Shown: positions 9,039-19,570, counted from the stretch's first letter. The stretch: 64,000 bases of DNA from Parcubacteria bacterium C7867-006 (GCA_001189155.1 LFCP01000004.1:1998-65997), one strand, 5' to 3'. Translations and numbers: made by a program. Notes: generated by a model not told the origin, from the sequence alone.

Positions 9039-9987
9039 ATTTGAATATTTTAGAAATAAATACGATATATCTAAAAGTCTACTAGCCCTAAATGCTTTTT
9101 TTATTTTATCTATTGTTGTAATGTCTTTTGCTATTTATACAGTAAACAGTATTCCTGATATCTCAGATAAAACTGTTCCAGTCAAAAAGCATCTTTCCAG
9201 AGCATTTGATAATATAAAATTACAAGCAAAGGCTGTTTATGTTTATGATATAAAAAATGGTGTAGCTTTGTATGAAAAAAATGCAGACGCTCAGTTACCA
9301 CTTGCTTCTATAACAAAACTTATGATGGCCCTGACTGCAGTAGAGTTATTACCAAAAGACACAGAGATAACTATCAAAAAAGAGTTTTTGGCAGAGGAGG
9401 GTGATAGTGGGCTTTTAGCAAATGAATCTTGGAAGATGAAATATTTACTGGATTTCTCTCTAGTTTCATCTTCAAACGACGGAGCTAGATCAATAGCTTC
9501 TGTTATTGGAGCCACAAAACTTAACACAACTGATTACGATCTTGGCCGACAGGATTTTATAAAAAAGATGAATGAAAAGGCACAGGCTCTAGGATTGAAA
9601 CAAACTTTCTTTATTAATGAAACAGGATTGGATGAAGGAAATATTTCTGGAGCATATGGTTCAGCAAAGGATATAGAAAGTTTAATGCAGTATATTTTGG
9701 TACATAATTCAGAGATTTTGGAACCAACAAAAAATAAGTTTTTGAGTTTGGATTCTGATACAAAAGAGCACAAAGCAAAAAATACCAATACTGATGTTAG
9801 TTATATTCCAGGTTTGCTTGCTTCAAAGACTGGTTATACAGATATGGCTGGTGGAAATCTAGCTGTGGCTTTTGATCCAACTATCGGCAGACCTATTATT
9901 ATAGTAGTTTTGGGTTCAACTATTGATGGTCGTTTTGATGATGTTGATAAGCTAGTGAAAGCTAGTTTGGAATACGTAAGAGAATAG
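9031..9987 (+). CDS. D-alanyl-D-alanine carboxypeptidase (serine-type, PBP5/DacA-like)
   Basis: N-terminal TM helix, SxxK active-site motif (LASITK), and overall S11-like layout. Confidence 0.7.
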   Translation: MDKFEYFRNKYDISKSLLALNAFFILSIVVMSFAIYTVNSIPDISDKTVPVKKHLSRAFDNIKLQAKAVYVYDIKNGVALYEKNADAQLPLASITKLMMALTAVELLPKDTEITIKKEFLAEEGDSGLLANESWKMKYLLDFSLVSSSNDGARSIASVIGATKLNTTDYDLGRQDFIKKMNEKAQALGLKQTFFINETGLDEGNISGAYGSAKDIESLMQYILVHNSEILEPTKNKFLSLDSDTKEHKAKNTNTDVSYIPGLLASKTGYTDMAGGNLAVAFDPTIGRPIIIVVLGSTIDGRFDDVDKLVKASLEYVRE

Positions 9988-10045
9988 GTTTTTTGAATTA
10001 GGGCCTATTTTGGACTCTTTTTGGAGTTTTAGGTATACTCTAACT

Positions 10046-11881
10046 ATGTGTGGAATAGCTGGCGTAATAGAGCCATCAATTAAGAATAAAGAGAAGGTTA
10101 TAGAGGCTATGGTCTCAAGAATCATCCATCGTGGACCAGACGAGGATGGTTTTTATGTAGATAAAAATGTCGGTCTTGGAATGCGCAGACTCTCTATAAT
10201 TGACCTATCTACTGGCCATCAACCTATAACATCCGAAGATGAGAAACTTTTGATATTTTTCAATGGTGAGATTTACAACTATCTAGAACTTAAAAAAGAT
10301 CTTTTAAATAAAAAATATAATTTCAAAACTGATTCTGATACAGAAGTTATTCTCCACATGTATGAGGAGTATGGAGAGAATATGCTCCAGATGTTGCGAG
10401 GGATGTTTACTTTTTGTATTTACAATACAGAAACAAAAGAAGTTTTTGTTGCACGAGATTTTTTTGGAATCAAACCTCTTTACTATCTAGTTCAAAATGA
10501 AAAAATTGTGGCTTTTTCTTCGGAGGCAAAAAGTTTTCTGTCTTTTCCAAAGTTCAAACCAGAGGTTAATGACTCTGCTGTAATGAACTACCTTTCTTTC
10601 CAGTACAATCCTTTAGTTGAAAGTTTTTTCAAGGATGTTTATAAACTTCCACCAGCTCATTTTATGAGAATTAATCTGGAATCTGGTCAGACAGAAATTA
10701 AAAAATACTGGTCATTTGACTTCAAACAAAACAGGGAACTTGATGAAAAGAAAACTAAAATCGATTTACTGTATACAATAAAAGATTCAGTCAGACATCA
10801 TATGATAGCGGATGTTCCTGTTGGAGCTTTTCTGTCTGGAGGAATAGACAGTAGCATCATAACTACTCTGATGCAGGAGATAAGAGGTGATAAGAAAATC
10901 AAAACATTTACTGTTGGATTTAACACTCTAACAGAAGCAACAGAAGCAAAAGAAACATCAGATGTTTTGGGGACTGATCACAACGAAATAACAGTTGGAC
11001 CAGAAGAATATTTTTCTGTTTTAGGAAAGGCTGTTTATCACTTTGATGAGCCTGTCGCTGATCCGAGTGCAATCGGAATATATTTTCTAGCTCGTGAGGC
11101 GGCAAAAAGTGTGAAAGTTGTTCTCTCTGGAGAGGGTTCAGATGAGTTATTTGGTGGATACAATATTTATACAACTCCTTTTGCTTCAAATAAAATGTTG
11201 TGGCTTCCAAAACCTATTATAGATTTTGCTATTAAACTTCCTTTTAATTTTTTTGGTAAAAATTATTTAAAACGAGTAAGTCAGAAAATTGAGGATTGGT
11301 ATTTCGGTCAAAAATATTTTAGCGATTCTATTTTCGATAGGTCAGAAATAAAGAAAATTTGGAAGGGTGGGGAAGGAGAGTTTTTGTCTATGAGTCCTTT
11401 GTATAAAAAGGCGGGCAGACTTTCAGACTCCACAAAAATGCAGTATATAGACATAAACACCTGGCTAGTTGGTGATATATTGGCCAAGGCAGATAAAATG
11501 ACTATGGCTCATAGTTTGGAGCTCCGAGTACCGTTCCTAGACATAAAGGTAGCAGAGCTTGCTAGAACCCTCCCAGACCGCTTTAAATGGCATAATGGAG
11601 CCACAAAGTACCTACTTAGAGAGGCATTTAGTAGGGTAATACCGGAGTCCACTAGAAACAGACGAAAGCTAGGTTTTCCTACTCCTATTCGTGACTGGAT
11701 GACTGGAGAAAGTATTGGTATTTATAACTCAATTTTGAACAACGATTACATCAAAAAAAATCTAGATATTGAGTATATAAAAAAACTTATCGAAGACCAT
11801 AATGATGGCAAAAAAGATAACTCTAGAAAGATTTACACATTGTTAATGTTGGCTCTGTGGTATGATACATTTATCAAGTAG
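10046..11881 (+). CDS. asnB: asparagine synthetase (glutamine-hydrolysing)
   Basis: Begins MCGIAG (N-terminal nucleophile Cys), followed by the SGGIDSS PP-loop of the synthetase domain. The ORF-track start at 10010 is an upstream extension. Confidence 0.85.
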   Translation: MCGIAGVIEPSIKNKEKVIEAMVSRIIHRGPDEDGFYVDKNVGLGMRRLSIIDLSTGHQPITSEDEKLLIFFNGEIYNYLELKKDLLNKKYNFKTDSDTEVILHMYEEYGENMLQMLRGMFTFCIYNTETKEVFVARDFFGIKPLYYLVQNEKIVAFSSEAKSFLSFPKFKPEVNDSAVMNYLSFQYNPLVESFFKDVYKLPPAHFMRINLESGQTEIKKYWSFDFKQNRELDEKKTKIDLLYTIKDSVRHHMIADVPVGAFLSGGIDSSIITTLMQEIRGDKKIKTFTVGFNTLTEATEAKETSDVLGTDHNEITVGPEEYFSVLGKAVYHFDEPVADPSAIGIYFLAREAAKSVKVVLSGEGSDELFGGYNIYTTPFASNKMLWLPKPIIDFAIKLPFNFFGKNYLKRVSQKIEDWYFGQKYFSDSIFDRSEIKKIWKGGEGEFLSMSPLYKKAGRLSDSTKMQYIDINTWLVGDILAKADKMTMAHSLELRVPFLDIKVAELARTLPDRFKWHNGATKYLLREAFSRVIPESTRNRRKLGFPTPIRDWMTGESIGIYNSILNNDYIKKNLDIEYIKKLIEDHNDGKKDNSRKIYTLLMLALWYDTFIK

Positions 11882-11908
11882 AAAGTTCATAAAGTTACAA
11901 AGTAAATC

Positions 11909-12964
11909 ATGATTGACGTACTTAAAGTTGTTATTCCATCAGTTCTTACCTTTTTTGTTGGTGTTTTGATTACTCCATTTTTCACAGATTTTTTCTATAA
12001 ATACAAAATGTGGAAAAAAACCTCTCGCCTTCTTAACACAGATGGTGTATCAAAGGAATTTTCTGATGTTCATAATACAGCAGACGAGCTTTCTACTCCT
12101 CGAATTGGTGGAGTTATCATCTGGGTTTCAGTGCTTTTAACTGTTTTGATTATTTATTTGCTGTCGGTCATTTTCCCGTCAGATCTTACGGAAAAATTAA
12201 ACTTTTTTAGTCGAAGTCAGACATATATTCCTATAGGTGCACTTATACTCGCATCACTTATTGGTCTTGCTGATGATCTTATGCAGATATTTGGAAAAGG
12301 GAACTACTCTAGAGACCCGCTGATTTATAGAAAAATAAAAATATTTTTCATATCTCTTATTGGGCTTTCTATTGGGTTTTGGTTTTACGACAAACTACAG
12401 ATAACATCTATTCACATTCCTTTTGATGGGGAGTTACAAATGGGTATTTGGTTTATTCCATTTTTTATAACGGTTATGCTCGCTGTTTTTTCTACTAGTG
12501 TTGTTGATGGAATGGATGGTTTGGCAGGAGGAATAATGTCTATTATTTATCTAGCTTTCGCGGTTATAGCGTATGTTCATCAGCAGATAGATATATCTGC
12601 ATTGTGTGCAGTGATATCTGGCGGGACTCTAGCTTTTCTTTGGTTCAATATTCCTCCTGCACGGTTCTATATGGGGGAAACAGGAATGGTTGGTCTTACT
12701 GTAACTCTAGCTGTAGTAGCTTTTCTTACTAATTCAGTTTTAATACTTCCTATTATTGCTGTTCCACTCGTTGCGACATCTTTGTCTGTAATTATTCAAG
12801 TCATATCATATAAATATTTTGGAAAACGAAGAGTTTTTAAAGTTGCACCACTTCATCATCATTTTGAAGCAAAGGGTTGGTCAAGAACAAAAATAGTAAT
12901 GCGATACTGGGTTATAACTGCTGTATTTGCTATGACTGGGGTTATACTTGCACTTGTTAGTTAA
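11909..12964 (+). CDS. mraY: phospho-N-acetylmuramoyl-pentapeptide transferase
   Basis: Polytopic membrane protein with DDLMQIFGKG and the APLHHHFE signature. Confidence 0.9.
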   Translation: MIDVLKVVIPSVLTFFVGVLITPFFTDFFYKYKMWKKTSRLLNTDGVSKEFSDVHNTADELSTPRIGGVIIWVSVLLTVLIIYLLSVIFPSDLTEKLNFFSRSQTYIPIGALILASLIGLADDLMQIFGKGNYSRDPLIYRKIKIFFISLIGLSIGFWFYDKLQITSIHIPFDGELQMGIWFIPFFITVMLAVFSTSVVDGMDGLAGGIMSIIYLAFAVIAYVHQQIDISALCAVISGGTLAFLWFNIPPARFYMGETGMVGLTVTLAVVAFLTNSVLILPIIAVPLVATSLSVIIQVISYKYFGKRRVFKVAPLHHHFEAKGWSRTKIVMRYWVITAVFAMTGVILALVS

Positions 12965-12967
12965 TTA

Positions 12968-13012
12968 AACAAAAACCCACAAATCAGGGTTTCTGTTTTG
13001 TGGGATTTTACA
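12968..13012. terminator. bidirectional intrinsic terminator between mraY and a minus-strand islet gene
   Basis: aaaacccacaaa ... tttgtgggatttt hairpin with A/T runs on both sides. Confidence 0.5.
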
Positions 13013-13018
13013 CCTCCT

Positions 13019-13249
13019 TTAGTTAGAGTTGCTCATGAATTCAAACAGTATCAACCTCAGAATAGAAAGGAAGAAGAAGCCACTTGATAGCATGCCGATC
13101 GCATACATCAAGCTTCCTCTCAGGCCCCTGGGCTGGTAGCCTGAAATCATGAACGTTATTGATGTGAACTGATGGTTCACACCGAGGTAGAAGATTACTC
13201 CCGCGAGCATGGCCAGACCAGACAACACTGTGGTTCCTAAGGTCTCCAT
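13019..13249 (-). CDS. small (76 aa) two-helix membrane protein on a GC-rich islet inserted between mraY and ftsW
   Basis: Strong RBS aaggag 6 nt before the ATG (minus strand), two hydrophobic helices, GC-richer than the flanks. Confidence 0.45.
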   Translation of the reverse strand: METLGTTVLSGLAMLAGVIFYLGVNHQFTSITFMISGYQPRGLRGSLMYAIGMLSSGFFFLSILRLILFEFMSNSN

Positions 13250-13344
13250 TGGGATCTCCTTCTGTTTTTACTCTAGCAAAATAAAAAGTGTCGTCAAATT
13301 ATTTATTCTTAAAAAATAAATGATATACTGTCTTGTAGTATTTT

Positions 13345-14442
13345 ATGAAGAAAATAAAAGTTGATATTCCATTTTTAATATCTATTGTCATTTTAGTTGT
13401 TGCTGGCTATTTGATTTTTGCTTCTGCTTCTTTAGGTCTACTATCCAAACAACCGGCAAAATACGCAAACGTAGCTTTTAATCAAACATTTTTCGGTTTG
13501 TTTTTAGGTTCAGTGGCTTGTTTCTTTGCATCTCGGTTTGACTATAAAAAGTATCGTAAGTATGCATTTTATATTTTTGTGGCGTCAATTATTGCAACAC
13601 TTTTAGTGTTTGTTCCACATATTGGGATTGGTCACGGAGGGGCACAGCGATGGATTTATGTCGGTCCTTTGTCGTTTCAACCTTCGGAGCTATTGAAGAT
13701 TGGTTTTATTATGTATTTTGCTGCGTGGTTAGCCTCCATCAAAGACAAAGCTGATACTCTGAAGTACGGTTTAATTCCATTCGTTTTAATTATTGGAGTT
13801 GTTGGAGCTGTTTTGCTTGCCCAACCAGATACAGATACTTTTCTTATTATAGCTTTTGCTGGTTTAGCTATGTATCTTTCTGGAGGAGGTAGGTGGAAAT
13901 ATATTTTTATTATAGCCATTATTGGAGTTATAGGTATTGGAGCTTTGGCTATGACCAGACCATATGTTAAAAGCCGTATCACTACTTTTTTCCATCCAGA
14001 AAATAATGCACAAGGAAGTGGCTACCAGATTCAGCAGTCTCTTATAGCAATAGGAAGTGGAGGAATGTTTGGTCGAGGTTTCGGTCAGAGTATACAAAAG
14101 TTTAATGTTCTACCTGAACCGATAGGAGACTCTATTTTTGCTGTGGCTGGTGAGGAATTCGGTTTCGTTGGGGCTATTGGCATCGTAGCTCTATTTGTCT
14201 TTTTTGCCTTTAGGGGGCTTAAAATAGCCGGTCAAATAGCCGATTCTTTCGGTAGACTAATGGTTGTTGGAATTGTTATACTGATTGTATCCCAAGCTTT
14301 TGTTAATATAGGGGCTATGGTTGGTGTTTTGCCTTTGTCTGGTATAACACTGCCGTTTATTAGCCATGGAGGAACAGCTCTGTTTATGACCTTGGCTGAG
14401 GTTGGAATTATATTAAACATTTCAAAAAATAAAAAAGCTTAA
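13345..14442 (+). CDS. ftsW: SEDS-family peptidoglycan polymerase (FtsW/RodA). dcw context favours FtsW
   Basis: 10-TM SEDS layout, lies between mraY and murG. Confidence 0.8.
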   Translation: MKKIKVDIPFLISIVILVVAGYLIFASASLGLLSKQPAKYANVAFNQTFFGLFLGSVACFFASRFDYKKYRKYAFYIFVASIIATLLVFVPHIGIGHGGAQRWIYVGPLSFQPSELLKIGFIMYFAAWLASIKDKADTLKYGLIPFVLIIGVVGAVLLAQPDTDTFLIIAFAGLAMYLSGGGRWKYIFIIAIIGVIGIGALAMTRPYVKSRITTFFHPENNAQGSGYQIQQSLIAIGSGGMFGRGFGQSIQKFNVLPEPIGDSIFAVAGEEFGFVGAIGIVALFVFFAFRGLKIAGQIADSFGRLMVVGIVILIVSQAFVNIGAMVGVLPLSGITLPFISHGGTALFMTLAEVGIILNISKNKKA

Positions 14443-14448
14443 AATAAA

Positions 14449-15588
14449 ATGAAAATATTAATGACGGGTGGTGGTACTGGAGGACATTTTTACCCAATAA
14501 TTGCCGTCGCTCAAGAACTGAATGAGACCTCAAAGGAAAATAGGCTTTTAAAGCCCGAATTATTTTATATGTCCACCGATCCATACAATGAAACTTTACT
14601 GTATGAGAACAATATAACTTTCGTTAAAGTTTCTGCTGGTAAAATTAGACGACAAAAATCTATCTCAAATTTTATTTTGAATTTTTTTGATTTATTCAAT
14701 ACGTTTTTTGGAGTTTTGGGTGCTATTTGGAAAATGTTTCTGATTTATCCTGATGTTGTTTTTGGTAAAGGTGGTTACGCTAGTTTTCCAGCACTTTTTG
14801 CTGCTAGGATTTTAATGATACCTGTTGTTATACACGAGTCTGATAGTAAACCAGGAAAAGTAAACAAATGGGCTGGTAAGTTCGCACGTAGAGTTGCTGT
14901 TTCTTATCCAGAAGCAGTTAGTTTTTTCAAAACAGAAAAGACTGCATATACAGGAAATCCAATCAGAAAAGAAACTTTAGATCCACTCTCCACTGATTCT
15001 TTTGAGTTTTTTGGTTTTGACCCAAGTATTCCTACTATATTGATAATCGGAGGTTCTACTGGTTCAAGGTTTATCAATGAAGCAATAATGGATGTTTTAG
15101 CTGAATTAGTTAAGAAATACCAGATAATTCATCAAACTGGCAACAACAACTTTAGTGTTATCCAAGAAACAGCAAATGTAGTTTTGAATGGAAATCCTTT
15201 AAAAAATAGATATAAACCATATGCTTATTTAAATGTTGTGACACTGCGACGAGCTTCTGGTATAGCTAGTATTGTTATTTCAAGAGCTGGTTCAACTATT
15301 TTTGAAATTGCATCATGGGGCAAACCAGCTATTATAGTTCCGATTCCAGAGCCAACAAGTCATGATCAAAGATCAAATGCTTATGCTTACGCTAGAACAG
15401 GTTCTGCTGTTGTTATAGAAGAGAAAAATATGGCTCCTGGAGTTTTGATTTCTGAAATAGAAAGAATACTTTCTAATCCAGCTGAAAAAGAAAAAATGAT
15501 TAATTCAGCTAAGTCTTTTTCTCGAAAAGATTCTGCTGAAATAATAGCAAAAGAGTTGATTGCTATTGGTTTAGAGCACGAGAAATAG
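14449..15588 (+). CDS. murG: undecaprenyldiphospho-muramoylpentapeptide beta-N-acetylglucosaminyltransferase
   Basis: N-terminal MKILMTGGGTGGHFYPIIAV, a GT28 fold signature. Confidence 0.85.
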   Translation: MKILMTGGGTGGHFYPIIAVAQELNETSKENRLLKPELFYMSTDPYNETLLYENNITFVKVSAGKIRRQKSISNFILNFFDLFNTFFGVLGAIWKMFLIYPDVVFGKGGYASFPALFAARILMIPVVIHESDSKPGKVNKWAGKFARRVAVSYPEAVSFFKTEKTAYTGNPIRKETLDPLSTDSFEFFGFDPSIPTILIIGGSTGSRFINEAIMDVLAELVKKYQIIHQTGNNNFSVIQETANVVLNGNPLKNRYKPYAYLNVVTLRRASGIASIVISRAGSTIFEIASWGKPAIIVPIPEPTSHDQRSNAYAYARTGSAVVIEEKNMAPGVLISEIERILSNPAEKEKMINSAKSFSRKDSAEIIAKELIAIGLEHEK

Positions 15589-15622
15589 GTTAGTTAGAAA
15601 GTTCATAAAGTTATAAAGTAAA

Positions 15623-17095
15623 ATGCAAGAAAAAAATCAAAAAGTAGTAACAAGATTCGCTCCATCACCAACAGGCTTTATGCATATTGGGGGTGTTCGT
15701 ACCGCTCTTTTTGCTTATTTGTACGCCAGAAAAAATAATGGAACTTTTATTTTGCGTATTGAAGATACAGATAAAGAAAGAGAGGTTCCTGGTTCAATAA
15801 AACACATTCAAGAGTCACTGACTTGGCTTGGGATTGATTGGGATTTTGGTCCTGATAAACATGGGGACTTTGGTTCAACTATTCAGTCTGAAAGACTTCC
15901 AACATATATAGAGTATGCTCATAAACTGATTGAAAAAGGTCTGGCTTATCCTGATCCATATACCCAAGAAGAGTTAGCGGAGTTTCGTAAAAAAGCAGAT
16001 GAAGAAAAAAGACCTTTTCTTTATAGAGATTATAGGCCAGAAGTTTTTGAAAAATGGGATGGTAAAAAACCATTACGTTTTAAAGTTCCAGAAATAAAAA
16101 GATACAAATGGAATGATGTTGTTCGTGGTGAACTAGAGGCCGGAGAGGAGGCCTTGGATGATTTTATTTTGATAAAAAGTGATGGATATCCGACTTACAA
16201 CTTTGCTCACATAATAGATGACCTCAATATGGGCGTTACTCACATAATGCGTGGAGATGAGTTTATTTCTAGTACACCAAGATTTTTGAGTTTGTATAAT
16301 GCTCTAGAAATAGAACCTCCGATTTTTGTCTCACTTCCTCCGATTTTGCGAGACGATAGAACAAAAAAACTTGGTAAAAGAGATGGAGCAAAAGATATTT
16401 TGGAGTATAGAGAAGAAGGATACTTACCTGAAGCGATGTTAAATTTTCTTGCTTTGATTGGTTGGAATCCTGGAACGGAGCAGGAAATATTTACAAAGGA
16501 TGAACTTATAAAGGCTTTTGATATCAATAAAATTCAAAAAGCAGGAGGAGCTTTTAATGAGGAAAAACTAGACTGGATGAATAAAGAGCATCTGAGAAAA
16601 CTTCCAGTGGAAACTGTAAGGGACGAGATTTCAAATCGTCTCAAGAAGAATCCAACTATTGGAGAAAATGAGAAATTAAACGACAGAAATTTTCTAGCGA
16701 AAATTTCTGATATTGTGATGGATCATATTTCAAAATGGTCAGATATAGATATTATGGTTGGGGCAGGGGAGATAGAGTATTTTTTTGAATCTCCTCAATA
16801 CGACCATACCCTACTCTATTGGAAGGGAAATGAAGACAAGGAAACAACAAAAAAACATCTAGAATGGGTGATTGAAACTTTGAAATCTGCTGATGAGAGT
16901 TTTGATTCATCTGATAAAGTAAAAAGTCTTATTTTTGACTATGCAACAGAAAATGGTCGAGGAGAAGTTCTGTGGCCACTACGTGTCTCGTTGTCAGGAA
17001 AAGAAAAAAGTCCAGATCCATTTACTCTAATATATGTTTTAGGTAGAGATGAAAGTATAAAAAGAATAACAGATGCTATTGGAAAACTACTATAA
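15623..17095 (+). CDS. gltX: glutamyl-tRNA synthetase
   Basis: RFAPSPTGFMHIGGVRTALF (class I HIGH region) and the KLGKR KMSKS-like motif. Confidence 0.9.
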   Translation: MQEKNQKVVTRFAPSPTGFMHIGGVRTALFAYLYARKNNGTFILRIEDTDKEREVPGSIKHIQESLTWLGIDWDFGPDKHGDFGSTIQSERLPTYIEYAHKLIEKGLAYPDPYTQEELAEFRKKADEEKRPFLYRDYRPEVFEKWDGKKPLRFKVPEIKRYKWNDVVRGELEAGEEALDDFILIKSDGYPTYNFAHIIDDLNMGVTHIMRGDEFISSTPRFLSLYNALEIEPPIFVSLPPILRDDRTKKLGKRDGAKDILEYREEGYLPEAMLNFLALIGWNPGTEQEIFTKDELIKAFDINKIQKAGGAFNEEKLDWMNKEHLRKLPVETVRDEISNRLKKNPTIGENEKLNDRNFLAKISDIVMDHISKWSDIDIMVGAGEIEYFFESPQYDHTLLYWKGNEDKETTKKHLEWVIETLKSADESFDSSDKVKSLIFDYATENGRGEVLWPLRVSLSGKEKSPDPFTLIYVLGRDESIKRITDAIGKLL

Positions 17096-18356
17096 ATATT
17101 TTTTATTAATATCCCTATTTTTACTATCTTTTAATACTGTTTCATCACAAACAGCAACGACTACAGATGTACTAAAAAGCAAAATAGAAGAAAGAACTAA
17201 TCAAATAAAACAATTGGAAGCAGAGATAAGTCAGTACAATACTGAAATTATAAATACTCAAGGTCAAGCCAAAACTCTACAGAGCACTCTTAAAACTCTA
17301 GACCTCACAAAGAAAAAAATAAGTACAGATATCAATCTGACTGAAAATAAAATAGTAAAAACAAATCTAACTATAAGTCAGTTAGATTCAGAGATAAATA
17401 AAACTCAAGACAAAATAGATAATAATAAAATAGCCATAGGCTCTGCTTTGAAAAGTGCGTACTATGTTGAGGAATCAGGTTTTTTGCCACTTATTCTTTC
17501 AAAATCAAATATTAGTGAAGTTTGGAATGATATAGATAATACTAGGCAGATTCGTGAAAGTATCAGAGAAAAAACCAAAGAGTTAGTGGTTCTCCAAAAA
17601 GATATGAGGATAAAACAAGACTCACTTAATGGCCAAAAAACTCAATTAGTTGGTTTGAAACAAGATCTCTCTGGTAAAAAGCAAGCTGTTGAATTAACAG
17701 CAAAAGAGAAAGCAGATTTATTAGCTCAAACAAAAAATAAAGAGCAGACTTTTAAAGAGATTGTAAAAACAAAAGAGCAACTTAAAGCCCAGTTTGAAAA
17801 AGAAGTTTATGACTACGAGTCCCAACTACACTATTTGATTGATCCAACTAGTTATCCAAAACCAAAAACAGGAATATTTGCTTGGCCTTTAGATAATATT
17901 TATATAACACAACTGTTCGGTAGAACTGTAGGTGCAGAAAAACTCTATACATCAGGTTCTCACAATGGAATAGATCTTAGAGCAAGTGTTGGTACTAGGG
18001 TTAAAAATGTTTTGGATGGTACTGTTATGGGAACTGGTAATACCGATATTTATCCTGGTTGTTATTCTTTTGGAAAATGGGTTTTTGTTCAGCATGACAA
18101 CGGTCTATCTACTATTTATGGACATTTATCTGTTATATCAGCTCAAAAAGGTCAGAGACTTGCGACGGGGGATACGATAGGATTTTCTGGAAACACTGGA
18201 TATTCTACTGGCCCACATCTACATATAAGTGTGTATGCATCACAAGGTGTGAGAATAGAAAAGTTTGTAAACAGTAGGGGTTGTAAAGAAGCCACTCTCC
18301 CACTTGCTGATATTCGAGCGTATCTAGACCCTATGAACTATTTCCCAAGAATATAG
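17073..18356 (+). CDS. M23 family peptidase with N-terminal signal/TM and long coiled-coil (EnvC/LytM-like)
   Basis: C-terminal HNGIDLRA ... GHLS ... GYSTGPHLHISV LytM motifs. The N-terminal half is heptad-rich. Confidence 0.8.
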   Translation: MLLENYYKYFLLISLFLLSFNTVSSQTATTTDVLKSKIEERTNQIKQLEAEISQYNTEIINTQGQAKTLQSTLKTLDLTKKKISTDINLTENKIVKTNLTISQLDSEINKTQDKIDNNKIAIGSALKSAYYVEESGFLPLILSKSNISEVWNDIDNTRQIRESIREKTKELVVLQKDMRIKQDSLNGQKTQLVGLKQDLSGKKQAVELTAKEKADLLAQTKNKEQTFKEIVKTKEQLKAQFEKEVYDYESQLHYLIDPTSYPKPKTGIFAWPLDNIYITQLFGRTVGAEKLYTSGSHNGIDLRASVGTRVKNVLDGTVMGTGNTDIYPGCYSFGKWVFVQHDNGLSTIYGHLSVISAQKGQRLATGDTIGFSGNTGYSTGPHLHISVYASQGVRIEKFVNSRGCKEATLPLADIRAYLDPMNYFPRI

Positions 18357-18375
18357 TTTTTGTTACAATTAATCC

Positions 18376-18582
18376 ATGAAAAAAACTAGAAACGATGAGG
18401 GTTTTATTGTAAAGATAGTTCTCGTTATAATCGCTCTTATTACTCTCAAATACTATTTTCATTTTGATGTTATTGAGTGGCTTAAGTCAGACAAAGTTCA
18501 AACATTTATTTCTCCAGCAATAACAGCAGTAAAAAACTTTTATAGTTACATGGACAATCTAGTTAAGGGTTGGACTAACTAA
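18376..18582 (+). CDS. small hypothetical membrane protein (68 aa)
   Basis: Single hydrophobic helix IVKIVLVIIALITL. No homology recognised. Confidence 0.3.
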   Translation: MKKTRNDEGFIVKIVLVIIALITLKYYFHFDVIEWLKSDKVQTFISPAITAVKNFYSYMDNLVKGWTN

Positions 18583-18585
18583 CGA

Positions 18586-18626
18586 CGAAACCCGCTTCTG
18601 ACACTGTGTCAAAAGCGGGTTCAGAG
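18586..18626. terminator. bidirectional intrinsic terminator
   Basis: aacccgctt ... aagcgggtt 9-bp stem sitting between convergent genes. Confidence 0.5.
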
Positions 18627-18932
18627 TCTTGGGCGAATTTCCTTGAACGCCAATATAACTGCTCTGTAGAACAAATCGTTAGCCAGCCAGAACGACGGCT
18701 CACTGTAGAGGATGATGTTAATCAGCTCTTCACCTAGTTTCTCTGGTTTGTAGAAGCTGATGATTTCATCCTTCTTTTTCTCGATCACCTCCGGTTTTCT
18801 GATAACGAGTCTTCTGTTGATCAGGAACTCCATGACCTTGATACGCTTGTCGGCCAAGGTCAGCTTGTCTGGGAACTCGTGCTTTTTCTGTCCGAACCAA
18901 CTTTCCTTTCCGCGGATCACTCGTCCAGCCAC
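18621..18932 (-). CDS. hypothetical protein (103 aa) on a GC-rich islet
   Basis: GTG start preceded by aaaggag. GC-ending codons. No motif recognised. Confidence 0.45.
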   Translation of the reverse strand: MAGRVIRGKESWFGQKKHEFPDKLTLADKRIKVMEFLINRRLVIRKPEVIEKKKDEIISFYKPEKLGEELINIILYSEPSFWLANDLFYRAVILAFKEIRPRL

Positions 18933-19010
18933 GTAGTCTCCTTTCTTTCTACAAAAATTAAAGCATTAATAAGGGTTTTCCTCAAGTATTAGGTATGTTA
19001 AAATTAACGT

Positions 19011-19406
19011 ATGAAAACACTATCAATACCTTTGGCAATAGTAATAGGGTGTGTTATTTTGGGAGGCTTTTATTATGCTAGTGAAGTTAATAAGCAGAAA
19101 TCCATTGAGATGCAACAATGGACGGAGCTTGCATCAAAAAAGGAACAAGAAAAAAGAGAATACACTCTTAAACAAAAAGATACATGTCTTTCTATTTATG
19201 AGACTGAAGGAAAAAAATGGAGTAATGTAACTGGTTGGAGATATAATGAAACTGAAGATAGATGTTATATTGAATATAAAGAAACTAATCCTAAGACTTC
19301 AGCACAATGTAATTCAACATATAAAGATGAAGATGGAAAAGTTTCGCCACTTGTTTTTATGGATTACTTACTGTGTCTAGATGGAAAATTTGAAAAGATT
19401 TTTTAA
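19011..19406 (+). CDS. hypothetical secreted/membrane-anchored Cys-containing protein (131 aa)
   Basis: N-terminal hydrophobic helix and six Cys in the mature part. Confidence 0.4.
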   Translation: MKTLSIPLAIVIGCVILGGFYYASEVNKQKSIEMQQWTELASKKEQEKREYTLKQKDTCLSIYETEGKKWSNVTGWRYNETEDRCYIEYKETNPKTSAQCNSTYKDEDGKVSPLVFMDYLLCLDGKFEKIF

Positions 19407-19418
19407 ATAACTCAATAA

Positions 19419-19446
19419 TTGCAAGCTTCTATACGTTATTTATACT
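19419..19446 (+). promoter_or_regulatory. sigma70-like promoter TTGCAA-N16-TATACT upstream of the fic gene
   Basis: TTGCAA at 19419-19424 and TATACT at 19441-19446, about 125 nt upstream of the fic ATG. Confidence 0.35.
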
Positions 19447-19570
19447 TAATTCATCTCTATTCCGAATGTTTAATCATTGACGTTTAAGATGTTAAATGAT
19501 AGGATTAGCAATAAGTCATTAGAATCTTTATTTATAGCCATTTATTAGAGATTGATGATAAATAATCATT

